Below, one piece after another: positions 12,731 to 24,139 of a stretch of 64,000 nt of DNA. The notes beneath the pieces were generated by a model, which made no database searches, was not told where the DNA came from, and was given only the letters and a program-made list of their open reading frames with translations. The DNA is from Mobula hypostoma (taxonomy: Eukaryota): contig NC_086108.1 of the NCBI RefSeq assembly GCF_963921235.1, forward strand, positions 1,860,001 through 1,924,000. The letters run 5' to 3'. The first letter of the stretch is position 1. Each line of letters begins with the position of its first letter. Made by a program: the position numbers and the translations under genes.

Positions 12731-13864
12731 CCTTTCCCAATAATAGTTACCCTGTTCTCTAGAGCAATGATTTGAGAGGAACAGGAAATAGAAGTACAGG
12801 TGTGACACGGACAGCATCCTCAGATTTAGAAGTGTACAGGTCTAGGATGGACTTGGGCTGAAGTACCACAGGATAGATACATCAGGCATCTGTTCTGTTC
12901 AGAGAAGCTACTGCAGGGGAGGAGGAAGTCAGCAGCTGAGTTGGATAAACTGGATTGTTTGTCAAAACAGCTGGCATTGATCTAATGAGTCAAGAGGCCA
13001 CATTCTGTGGTAAGTGGAGTTGGAGGATGTAAAGATGGCACCAGAGGCTTTTGTGGACCTGGGCAACATCTTCCAGTTCATGCACGAAACAGTTTAAATC
13101 TCATATCTTTTTCTTTTCATTTTCAATGTGGCTGGGGTCCTGTTGGAGCCCATGAAATACAGGTGCATTCAAACTATGCTCTTCACAGGCCGTGGGTTTT
13201 CACTCTCGGGACTCGCCAAGCGGCCTGGCGTTTCGGGAAGATGTGCGTCTTTGGGGGGCAGCCCCATTAACAAGCTGATTCCTCGCTGGTGTCGCTGACT
13301 GAAGCGTCACGGGAGATTGACGCATTGAGATAGCAGGTGATGTGTGGTGCTGTTGAAAGAAGGCCCCGCACTGCAGCCATGGAGCGATCTATCTCTCTCT
13401 CTCATGAGTCTGTTGGTCATCGAGGTCTGGGGATCAAACAAGTGAAGCAGCAGATTGCAACATCGAAATAACAAGATGTTGGCCTCCGCCCACTGTGGCA
13501 GGAGAGGTATCTCTTTCTCCCTCACTAGTGACGGGGGCCTGTACGAGATGCCGAAGTGTTGGGATGGACAGTAGTTTTTGATGGACTCTATATCATGGTC
13601 TCTGGGGCTTTGCTATTGCTTGCGTGGTGGGTGGTGGGGGGGCTTGATGCTTTTACTGGAGCAAGAGGGGGGTAGAGTAGATGCTTTGCTGCTGTTTGTG
13701 CGTGGGAGGGGAGGGACTTTGGGTTCTAATTTTTTTCTGTTTCTCATACTTTGTTTTTTTTTCCTCTCTTTGTTTTGTGGATGTTTGTGAAGAGCAAGGA
13801 TTTCGGATTGTATACATTCTCCAATATTAAATAGAACCACTGAATCATTGATACAGTTTTATAT

Positions 13865-14030
13865 GGGCAGCACAGTGACGTAGCAGTTAGCTAAATACTT
13901 TACAACACGAGGAATTAAGATTCCATTCCTGCCGCTGTCTGTAAGGAGTTTTTAACATTCTCCCCATGACTGTGCGGGTTTCCTCCGGGTGCTCCAGTTC
14001 CCTCCCACATTTCAAAGACAGACGGGTTCG
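13865..14030 (+). mobile_element. V-SINE 5' half (3' half at 17402-17530)
   Basis: tRNA-like head plus V-domain, colinear with the intact copy 4367-4680; resumes after the tandem array. Confidence 0.85.
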
Positions 14031-17000
14031 GGTCAGTGAGCTGTGGCCGCGCTGCGGTCAGTGAGCTGTGGTCGCGCTGCGGTCGGTGAGCTGTGGCCGT
14101 GCTGGTCGTGCTGCGGTCGGTGAGCTGTGGCCGTGCTGGTCGTGCTGCGGTCGGTGAGCTGTGGTCAGGCTGCGGTCAGTAAGCTGTGGTCTCGCTGCGG
14201 TCGGTGAGCTGTGGCCGTGCTGGTCGTGCTGCGGTCGGTGAGCTGTGGTCAGGCTGCGGTCAGTAAGCTGTGGTCGCGCTGCGGTCGGTGAGCTGTGGCC
14301 GTGCTGGTCGCGCTGGTCGCGCTGCGGTCAGTGAGCTGTGGCCGTGCTGGTCGCGCTGCGGTCAGTGAGCTGTGGCCGTGCTGCGGTCAGTGAGCTGTGG
14401 CCGCGCTGGTCGCGCTGCGGTCAGTGAGCTGTGGCCGCGCTGCGGTCAGTGAGCTGTGGTCGTGCTGGTCGCGCTGCGGTCAGTGAGCTGTGGCCGCGCT
14501 GCGGTCAGTGAGCTGTGGTCACGCTGCGGTCAGTGAGCTGTGGTCGTGCTGGTCGCGCTGCGGTCAGTGAGCTGTGGCCGTGCTGGTCGTGCTGCGGTCG
14601 GTGAGCTGTGGTCAGGCTGCGGTCAGTAAGCTGTGGTCTCGCTGCGGTCGGTGAGCTGTGGCCGTGCTGGTCGTGCTGCGGTCGGTGAGCTGTGGTCAGG
14701 CTGCGGTCAGTAAGCTGTGGTCGCGCTGCGGTCGGTGAGCTGTGGCCGTGCTGGTCGCGCTGGTCGCGCTGCGGTCAGTGAGCTGTGGCCGTGCTGGTCG
14801 CGCTGCGGTCAGTGAGCTGTGGCCGTGCTGCGGTCAGTGAGCTGTGGCCGCGCTGCGGTCAGTGAGCTGTGGCCGCGCTGCGGTCAGTGAGCTGTGGCCA
14901 CGCTGCGGTCAGTGAGCTGTGGCCGCGCTGCGGTCAGTGAGCTGTGGTCGTGCTGGTCGCGCTGCGGTCAGTGAGCTGTGGCCGCGCTGCGGTCAGTGAG
15001 CTGTGGTCACGCTGCGGTCAGTGAGCTGTGGTCGTGCTGGTCGCGCTGCGGTCAGTGAGCTGTGGCCGCGCTGGTCGCGCTGTGGTCAGTGAGCTGTGGC
15101 CGCGCTGGTCGCACTGTGGTCAGTGAGCTGTGGTCGTGCTGCGGTCAGTGAGCTGTGGTCGTGCTGCGGTCAGTGAGCTGTGGCCGCGCTGCGGTCAGTG
15201 AGCTGTGGCCGCGCTGCGGTCAGTGAGCTGTGGTCGTGCTGGTCGCGCTGCGGTCAGTGAGCTGTGGCCGCGCTGGTCGCGCTGTGGTCAGTGAGCTGTG
15301 GCCGCGCTGGTCGCACTGTGGTCAGTGAGCTGTGGCCGCGCTGGTCGCACTGTGGTCAGTGAGCTGTGGTCATGCTGCGGTCAGTGAGCTGTGGCCGCGC
15401 TGCGGTCAGTGAGCTGTGGTCGTGCTGGTCGCGCTGCGGTCAGTGAGCTGTGGTCAGTAAGCCGTGGTCAGTGAGCTGTGGCCACGCTGGTCGCATTGTG
15501 GTCAGTGAGCTGTGGTCGTGCTGGTCGCGCTGTGGTCAGTAAGCTGTGGCCGCGCTGGTCGCGCTGTGGTCAGTGAGCTGTGGTCGTGCTGGTCGCGCTG
15601 TGGTCGTGCTGGTCGCGCTGTGGTCAGTAAGCTGTGGCCGCGCTGGTCGCGCTGTGGTCAGTGAGCTGTGGTCGCGCTGGTCGCGCTGCGGTCAGTGAAC
15701 TGTGGCCGCGCTGGTCGCGCTGCGGTCAGTGAGCTGTGGTCGCGCTGCGGTCAGTGAGCTGTGGTCGCGCTGTGGTCGTGCTGGTCGCGCTGTGGTCAGT
15801 AAGCTGTGGCCGCGCTGGTCGCGCTGTGGTCAGTGAGCTGTGGTCGCGCTGGTCGCGCTGCGGTCAGTGAACTGTGGCCGCGCTGGTCGCGCTGCGGTCA
15901 GTGAGCTGTGGTCGCGCTGCGGTCAGTGAACTGTGGTCGCGCTGGTCGCGCTGCGGTCAGTGAACTGTGGTCGCGCTGGTCGCGCTGCGGTCAGTGAACT
16001 GTGGCCGTGCTGGTCGCGCTGCGGTCAGTGAGCTGTGGCCGTGCTGGTCGCGCTGCGGTCAGTGAGCTGTGGTCGTGCTGGTCGCGCTGCGGTCAGTGAG
16101 CTGTGGTCGTGCTGGTCGCACTGTGGTCAGTGAGCTGTGGTTGTGCTGGTCGCACTGCGGTCAGTGAGCTGTGGTCAGTGAGCTGTGGTCGCACTGCGGT
16201 CAGTGAGCTGTGGTTGTGCTGGTCGCACTGCGGTCAGTGAGCTGTGGTCAGTGAGCTGTGGCCGTGCTGGTCGCGCTGCGGTCAGTGAGCTGTGGTCAGT
16301 GAGCTGTGGCCACGCTGGTCGCACTGTGGTCAGTGAGCTGTGGCCACGCTGGTCGCACTGTGGTCAGTGAGCTGTGGCCACGCTGGTCACACTGTGGTCA
16401 GTGAGCTGTGGTCAGTGAGCTGTGGCCGTGCTGGTCGCACTGCGGTCAGTGAGCTGTGGTCAGTGAGCTGTGGCCACGCTGGTCGCACTGTGGTCAGTGA
16501 GCTGTGGCCACGCTGGTCGCACTGTGGTCAGTGAGCTGTGGCCACGCTGGTCGCACTGTGGTCAGTGAGCTGTGGCCACGCTGGTCGCACTGTGGTCAGT
16601 GAGCTGTGGCCACGCTGGTCGCACTGTGGTCAGTGAGCTGTGGTCGCACTGTGGTCAGTGAGCTGTGGTTGTGCTGGTCGCGCTGCGGTCAGTGAGCTGT
16701 GGTCAGTGAGCTGTGGTCGCACTGTGGTCAGTGAGCTGTGGTCGCACTGTGGTCAGTGAGCTGTGGTCAGTGAGCTGTGGTTGTGCTGGTCGCACTGCGG
16801 TCAGTGAGCTGTGGTTGTGCTGGTCGCGCTGTGGTCAGTGAGCTGTGGTCAGTAAGCTGTGGCCCTGCTGGTCGCACTGTGGTCAGTGAGCTGTGGTCGT
16901 GCTGGTCGCACTGTGGTTGTGCTGGTCGCACTGTGGCCGTGCTGGTCGTGCTGGTCGCACTGCGGTCAGTAAGCTGTGGCCGTGCTGTGGTCAGTGCGCT

Positions 17001-17401
17001 GTGGCCGTGCTGGTCGCACTGCGGTCAGTAAGCTGTGGTCAGTAAGCTGTGGCCGTGCTGGTCGCGCTGTGGTCGTGCTGGTCGCACTGCGGTCAGTAAG
17101 CTGTGGTCAGTAAGCTGTGGCCGTGCTGGTCGCACTGCGGTCAGTAAGCTGTGGTCAGTAAGCTGTGGCCGTGCTGGTCGCGCTGTGGTCGTGCTGGTCG
17201 CACTGCGGTCAGTAAGCTGTGGTCAGTAAGCTGTGGCCGTGCTGGTCGTGCTGTGGTCGTGCTGGTCGCACTGCGGTCAGTAAGCTGTGGTCGCACTGTG
17301 GTCAGTAAGCTGTGGCCGTGCTGGTCGCGCTGTGGCCGCGCTGGTCGCACTGCGGTCAGTAAGCTGTGGTCGCACTGTGGTCAGTAAGCTGTGGTTGTGC
17401 T
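14031..17401. repeat. 3.4-kb GC/CpG-rich modular minisatellite in a CCDC61 intron
   Basis: Built from GGTCAGTGAGCTGT (14), GGYCRYRCTGY (11) and GGYCGYGCT (9) modules, giving 25- and 34-bp periods. Confidence 0.97.
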
Positions 17402-19313
17402 ATGCTGATGCTGAAAGAACAATGACACTTGCAGGTTGCCCCCAGCACATCCTCGGACCGTGTTGGTCTTTGACTGAAAACGACGTATTTCACTGTATGG
17501 TTGACATCTATGTGAGCTAATCTTTAATCTTGATGACTGTGTCAGGTATTTCAGCTGACATTTGATAAACCAGACTTTCATGGATTCCCCCAGTTCATCC
17601 TCAAAGTTCAAAATTTTATGAAGTTCTTTACCAGAGGATGATAAACAGTGAGATTCCCCAGAACGGCATGAAGTAGAGGCCGTGTTATGAAATATATTCA
17701 AAGGATTCAAAATACACAGTCTCAGTCTCAGTTCATCACATAATGGGGTAAATCACCTCAAAACTTGTAGATACAAAGCGCAGAGCAGCCAAAGCAGTCT
17801 CACAGCCTCAGCGCCGCAGAGAGGAGTGAACACTGTGGAAGAGCCAGGGAATTAGCCCAACCCTCACTTCCAGGATGGAAGCAGATATATTTTTAAAAAC
17901 ACCAAAGCTTTCGAGTGATATGGGGAGAAGCCAAGAACAGGGTACAAAGTGGCCAATCAGTCATTATCATATTCAATGGTGGAACAGACCTGAAAGACTA
18001 AATGGCCTACACTTTTTATTTTGTACAGTATGTTCAAACAGTCCTTTAGATGCAAGGGTGTGAGCATCGGCAGCCTGTTTGACCAGCAGAGATGGGTTGC
18101 GTGATCACTCTTCTGGAGATTCACTCAAGCTGAAGAATGCCAACAAGACTAAAAACTTAAACACAGGAGAGGGCACAACTTTAAGGTGCTTGGAAGTAGG
18201 TACAGAGGAGATGTCAGGGGTAAGTTTTTTTTTTACGCAGAGGGTGGTAAGTGTGTGGAGTGGGCTGCCGGCAACGGAAGTGGAGACGGATACAATACAG
18301 TCTTTTAAGAGACTCCTGGATAGGTACATAGAGCTTAGAAAAATAGAGGGCTATAGGTAACCCTAGGTAATTTCTAAAGTAAGTACATGTTTAGCACAGC
18401 ATTGTGGGCCAAAGGGCCTGTATTGTGCTGTAGGTTTTCTATGTAAGAGCTTCCAGAAATCTTGAGCAACACACACAAAATGTTGGGGGAACTCAGCAGG
18501 TCAGGCAGCATCTGTGGACGGGAATAAAGGGTTAATGTTTCGTGCCAAGACCCTGAAAAGAAATGGGGAAGAAGCCAGATTAAGAAGTTTGGGGGCGGGA
18601 AAGGAGTCCAATATGGCAGGTGAATAAAAACTTTCCTGATAGACCAGGAACTGAAAGCACACACCAGTCCCCTATTGACCATCTTGACTGAGATTACCTC
18701 TACAAAGATCTCAGTACAATAAACGAGTACTTCCCACTGAAATATCAGGAGAGCTTAGAAAAATAGTTTTTGACCTTTACAAATTTATAATGCCAGTATT
18801 AGAAATGTATAAATAAAACTAATGATTAGTATTTATAAATTGAGATACAGTGCAGGTATAGGCCCTTCCGACTCTTTGAACCACAGTGCCCAGTAATCCC
18901 GATTTAATCCTAGCCTAATCATGGGACAATTTACAATGAACAATTAGCCTACTAACCTTTGGACTATGGGAGGAAACCAGATCACCTGGAGGGAACGCAC
19001 ATGGTCATGGGGAGACAGACAGTGGTGGGAATTAAACCCGCGATGCCTTCACTGTGAAGTGCTGTGCTAATCACTGAGCTACCGTCCCACCCTTTTATGC
19101 AAGTCGATGGCCAAAGAATCAGAATCCAAATCAGGTTTAATATCACTGGCATATGTTGCAAAATTTGTTGTTAGCTGTCTGAAGGATAAATATTGAGGAG
19201 TGTGTCAAGGATAATCTGGATATTGTATGCAGTTCTGGTCGAAACATGGTTAGAAAAAGCAACAGGACAGATAGATTATACTATTATTTGAGAAAGGGCA
19301 GCCTTGTACTTAC

Positions 19314-19470
19314 AAACAGCCTCGAATTCTCCTCTCCACTGCTCAGATGTCAACCTGTCCTCAACTTGCACCTCCAACACATCCCCAGTCACCATCATGG
19401 TGATTATATACTCAATCCCTCGGAAGACATAATTTGCTTGTACAGGACCCCCTTCCATCGTGCAGGACAT
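19314..19470 (-). CDS. CCDC61: CCDC61 (centrosomal coiled-coil protein, SAS6/XRCC4-like head), first coding exon. Exon spans 19314-19518; ATG at 19470 or 19458.
   Basis: Translation (MSCT)MEGGPVQANYVFRGIEYIITMMVTGDVLEVQVEDRLTSEQWRGEFEAV resembles the remembered CCDC61 N-terminus (..DYVFRGVEH..EVEDRMTADQWRGEF). Polypyrimidine tract plus AG acceptor at 19519-19520; GTAAGT donor at 19313; ends in phase 1. Confidence 0.93.
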
Positions 19471-21049
19471 TATTGGTAGGACTAGTTGACAAAATTGAGT
19501 GAGTCCTCGATAACAATTCTAAGAAAAAGAAAGACAATAAAAATGCATAGAAACAGCATTAAAATTATGTTAAACATTGTGAATATTCAAATATTCTGGA
19601 AATAATTTATAATTAAACACCTTTATTTATAGAAACCCTGCTCTTCCACACTGTACCTCAAGCTGATATTGATTTTAGGACGAAACGCTTTCTTTACAGG
19701 AACTTTCAAATCAACAGACAATCTCTGGGTGATTTACAATCCACACCAACTCCTTCCGAGATCAAGATGGGACCAGGCCCTTGAAACTATGAGGCACCAA
19801 CACTACCCGCTGTGCCACTACTCTGTCCTGGTTGGCAGGGGAGTAAACTAGTCCTGACCACTGCCCTTCGGGATGAAGACCAACAATTCTGAGTTTACTA
19901 ATTTCAGATCTTAAATATTGTGACCCCTGCTTTTATAAATCGTCTAACATCTCTCTGCACCCCAATTTGTGGCCCTATCATCCATTCCCTTTGCATTGAC
20001 TCAAGATGTTCCAATTTAAGCAATATCTTAACTTTAAACTCTCAAATCTTGTCTCAGTAAACTCCTCCAATTCTGAGACTTGTGTAGAGATTATGCTTGG
20101 GGATGTAATGGTTAGAAACAGATATAACTGGGGTCACCACAACCAGAGCTGTGAACTATCTCATAATTTTCTTACAAAAACTGAGACATACCACCCAGTC
20201 TCAAGGACAGCTCTAATCCCATTAATATAAAACTCTTGAACAGACCTCTTATACAATAAAAACTATTGATCTTGCTACCTACCTCATGACTTTTGTACTT
20301 TATTTGTCAATGTGCTTTGCACTCTCACTGTAACTGTAAACAGTTATTACCTCTCAACCATCGGGCTCTTGAACCAAAGGGAAAAACTTCACCAGCCCCA
20401 TCACTGAAATATTCCCACAACCTATGGACTCGAGGACTCTTTATCTAACATTAATGATATTATTTATTTATTTATTTTTATTGTTTCCTCTTTTTGTACC
20501 TGCACTTTGGCTGAAAACTCTAGTTGGGTGGTTTTTCATTGATTCTGTTATGGTTATTATTCTATAGATTTTATTGAGTATGCCCACAAGAAAATGAATC
20601 TCAGGGTTGTATATGGTGACATATAGTACTTTGATAATATGATTTACTTTGAACTTTATTTTGCATTGTTTTTTCATGCTTGTTCTGTCTTAGTGTTCAG
20701 ATCATTCCTTATGTACGGACACAACCCACCTTTTCCAAAAACTCCCATTTGGAAGCACCTTAGGGTTGTTAAAACAAAAACTTCACACATTCATAAAAGT
20801 TTCTTCCCTCGGGCTGTTAATCTGATCAACCATTCTCCCTACCCCCTCTATCTATTACCTCATTCACTGCACTGTAAACATTTTACAAACAAGAGAAAAT
20901 CTGCAGATGCTGGGAATCCAAGACACACACACAAAATGCTGGAAGATTAATCCAGTCATCAACCACCAGAGCGACATGTTTTTCCATGCTTTACATATCA
21001 CCCCAAACTGGGCAGCACAACGCAATGCTTTACAGTACCCTGCTTCAGT

Positions 21050-22250
21050 TGTGAGTCTTACTTCAGTGGTTGGTAAGTTGATGGACAAGATCCTGAGAGG
21101 CAGGATTTATGAACATTTGGAGAGGTATAATATGATTAGGAGCAGTCAGCATGGCTTTGTCAAGGGTGGATTGTGCCTTACGAGCCTGATTGAATTTTTT
21201 GAGGATGTGACTAAACACATTGATGAAGGTAGCACAGTAGATGTAGTGTATATGGATTTCAGCAAGGCATTTGACAAGGTACCCCATGCAAGGCTTATTG
21301 AGAAAGTAAGGAGGCATGGGATCCAAGGGCACATTGCTTTGTGGATCCAGAATTGGCTTGCCCACAGAAGACAAAGAGTGGTTGTAGATGGGTCATATTC
21401 TGCATGGAGGTTGGTGACCTGTGGTGTGCCTCAGGGATCTGTTCTGGGACCCCCTTCTCTTCATGATTTTTATAAGTGACCTGTAGTAATAGTATTATAG
21501 TATTAATGGTAAGACTCTTGGCAGTGTGGAGGATCAGAGGGATCTTGGAGTCCGAGTCCATAGGACACTCAAAGTTGCTACGCAAGTTGACTCTGTGGTT
21601 AAGAAGGCATACGGTGCATTCACCTTCATCAACCGTGGGATTGAGTTTAAAAGACGAGAGGTAACGTTACAACTATATAGGACCCTAATCAGACCCCACT
21701 TGGAGTACTGTGCTCAGTTTTGGTCCACCTCACTGCAGGAAGGATGTGGAAACTGTAGAAAGGGTGCAGAGGAGATTTACAAGGATGTTGCCTGGATTGG
21801 GGAGCATGCCTTATGAGAATAGGTTGAGTGAACTTGGCCTTTATCTCCTTGGAACGACAGAGGGTGAGAGGTGACCTGATAGAGGTGTATAAGATGATGA
21901 GAGGCATTGATCGTGTGGATAGTCAGAGGCTTTTTCCCAGGGCTGAAATGGCTATCATGAGAGGGCACAGTTTTAAGGTGCTTGGAAGTAGGTACAGAGG
22001 AGATGTCAGGAGCAAGTTTTTTTTTTTTAAAAACACAGAGTGCTTTTTTTAAACGCAGAATGAGCTGCTGGCAATAGTGGTGGAGGTGCATACGATAGGG
22101 TCTTTTAAGAGACTCCTTGGGTAGGTACATGGAGCTTAGAAAAATAGAGGGCCATGGGTAACCTGAGGTAATTTCTAAAGTACATACATGTTCAGTACAG
22201 CATTGTGGGCCGAAGGGCCTATATTGTGCTGCTGGTTTTCCATGTTTTTT
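21050..22250 (+). mobile_element. CR1 LINE RT fragment with internal deletion
   Basis: VSLTSVVGK..SQHGFVKG..VDVVYMDFSKAFDKVPH..GVPQGSVLGP; deletion at about 21483; tail near 22240. Confidence 0.88.
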
Positions 22251-22859
22251 CTAATTCCTGCCGCTGGCTGTAAGGAGTTTGTATGTTCTTCCTGTGACAT
22301 TGTGGGTTTCCTCCAGATGCTCGAGTTTCCTCCCACAGTCCAAAGACGTAGCAACTGGTAAACTAACTGGTCATTGTAAATTGTCCCGCGATTAGGCTAG
22401 GATTAAATCGGGTAGGGGGTGCTGGACCATGTGGTTTTAAGGTCCGTAAGAGCCTGTTTCACCTTTGCGAATGAATGAATAAATAGGCACACAACAAATT
22501 CGCAACATATACTTTATATAGCGAATAAAGTTGATCCTTGAGTGATCTACCACACAAACAAAGCTTTACACTGCATCTTAGCACCCGTGACAATAACAAA
22601 CTAATTACCAATGCTGGATGCCATTCGGCCCATTCAGTCGGTGCCACTACTAGTCCATTTATTGCTCTACTCCTCGCTCCCTCCGACCACACGAAACCAA
22701 GGGTAGTTTACAGCTGCCAGGTACACCACCAAACCGCACACAAGGGCAGAGCCGGGGGTCTGTGGATCTATGAGGCACTTCGCTGGATCATCCTGGGCGC
22801 TAGCTGGGCAACCCTCCAGCTCAGGCCTGGCCGTACCCAGACCACGGTCAAGCCTCGTA

Positions 22860-23120
22860 CAGTCGGACAGCTTCCCTTTCCGCCGGCCCGCAGCCACTCA
22901 CCTCGCTCCTCTCAGTCGCCGCTGCTGCCGCCGCCGCCGCCTCCCGGCCCGCGTCCCCGCTCCGAGCGTCCTCCTCCCGCTCAACCAAACATAGCAACGC
23001 ACGCCCCGCCCCTCTCCTTTCTCTATTCGCCAGAATCCCACAAGGTCTTGATTCTACCGGCTAAGTCGCCCTGCCAATCAAGAATCACGTTTGGTTGACG
23101 CGAGGACGGCAACGGAACCT
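22860..23120 (-). promoter_or_regulatory. CpG-island promoter of CCDC61
   Basis: CpG-rich. RFX X-box half-site CATAGCAAC 22990-22998, GC box CCCCGCCC 23004-23011, CCAAT 23074-23078. Confidence 0.6.
22902..22990 (-). other. CCDC61: Probable non-coding first exon of CCDC61 (5' boundary uncertain)
   Basis: GC/CpG-rich island with (CCG)n; strong donor GAG|GTGAGT at 22901; upstream of the first coding exon on the same strand. Confidence 0.6.
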
Positions 23121-23329
23121 TCCACCCCGAAGATAAATAGAGGGATCGGAAAATAATATAAGGAACTATAATTCAACTATTATCTTTCAAGTAAAATAAA
23201 TGATTACAAAGAGTGGTCGATAGATTAATTTTAACCGCTTATTAATTTAATTAAGTGTTCTCGACTATTGCTATTCTAAAATAATTAATGTAAAATATTG
23301 CCCCCCCCATTTTGGAATGCAATCATTTC

Positions 23330-23450
23330 GTAGACCGAAGTTGGCCGTTGGTTGTCGTCACTTTCTGCGACGGCAAGGTGCTGTCAATCACAGCGGGGTG
23401 GTTGGTTGCTCTTGGCAACGGGAGGCTCCGACCGGGTCACGGTAAGGAGT
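23330..23450 (+). promoter_or_regulatory. Second promoter-like module (X-box, PBX/PREP decamer, splice donor)
   Basis: CTGTCAATCA (=TGATTGACAG) 23381-23390; full X-box-like GTTGCTCTTGGCAAC 23405-23419; plus-strand donor-like ACG|GTAAGG at 23442. Confidence 0.45.
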
Positions 23451-24139
23451 TGGTCCGAATGCTCACGGCGACATGAAGGGGCTCCGACATGCACGACATC
23501 TCATCATTTCCAGTTATTGTAATTGGCAAACATGTGGAGAATGCTTGCAAATTCCACCTACCGTCCCCTAGGTACGTACAGCCAGTGTCACAGCGTGGTT
23601 TCCCCTTCTGAAGGTGTGGATTTCAGAGATCAGATGTTAGGCCGCAATAGCACTTTCAGTGAAAGGTGTTTATTGTGTGCCAGAACAAAAATCCACTCCA
23701 CCTCCAGTTCACCAGCACAACATTGGGCAATTGTGGTTAAGCAACTGTTTCCTTTTTCTCCAGAACTTGACCTTTCCCACATGTCTGACTTCACCTCTCA
23801 CTTCCACCAGCTTCATTCCCCGTCCACTCTACCTTTTTAATATGGTACCTTTTCCCTTCCTTCTCGGTCCTGAAGAAGGACCTTGGCCCGAAAAGTCATT
23901 TCCACAGATGATGTCTGACCTGCTGAGGTCGTCCAGTATTTTGTAAGTGTTTGAAGATCAAGATCTCAAAACAACACCGAGACCATTCTCTGCCGCCTTC
24001 TGTCTACACATCCTGATGCCTCGGGAAAGCAGCTAACGTCATCAGGGCAGAAGATATTCAAACATTTATATCACCAGATTCAAGGATGGTTTCTGCACTG
24101 CTACTATCAGACCCTATATGCTAAACAATGAACTCTAAT

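Noticed and set aside
14031..17401. CRISPR-like array or repeat-protein gene
   Set aside because: No unique spacers and no cas genes. It lies inside a SINE in a vertebrate intron, and the ORFs are by-products of the repeat with shifting frames.
22538..23098. 186-aa Pro-rich ORF
   Set aside because: Antisense reading of the GC-rich CCDC61 promoter and first exon, with a non-ATG start and no recognisable domain.
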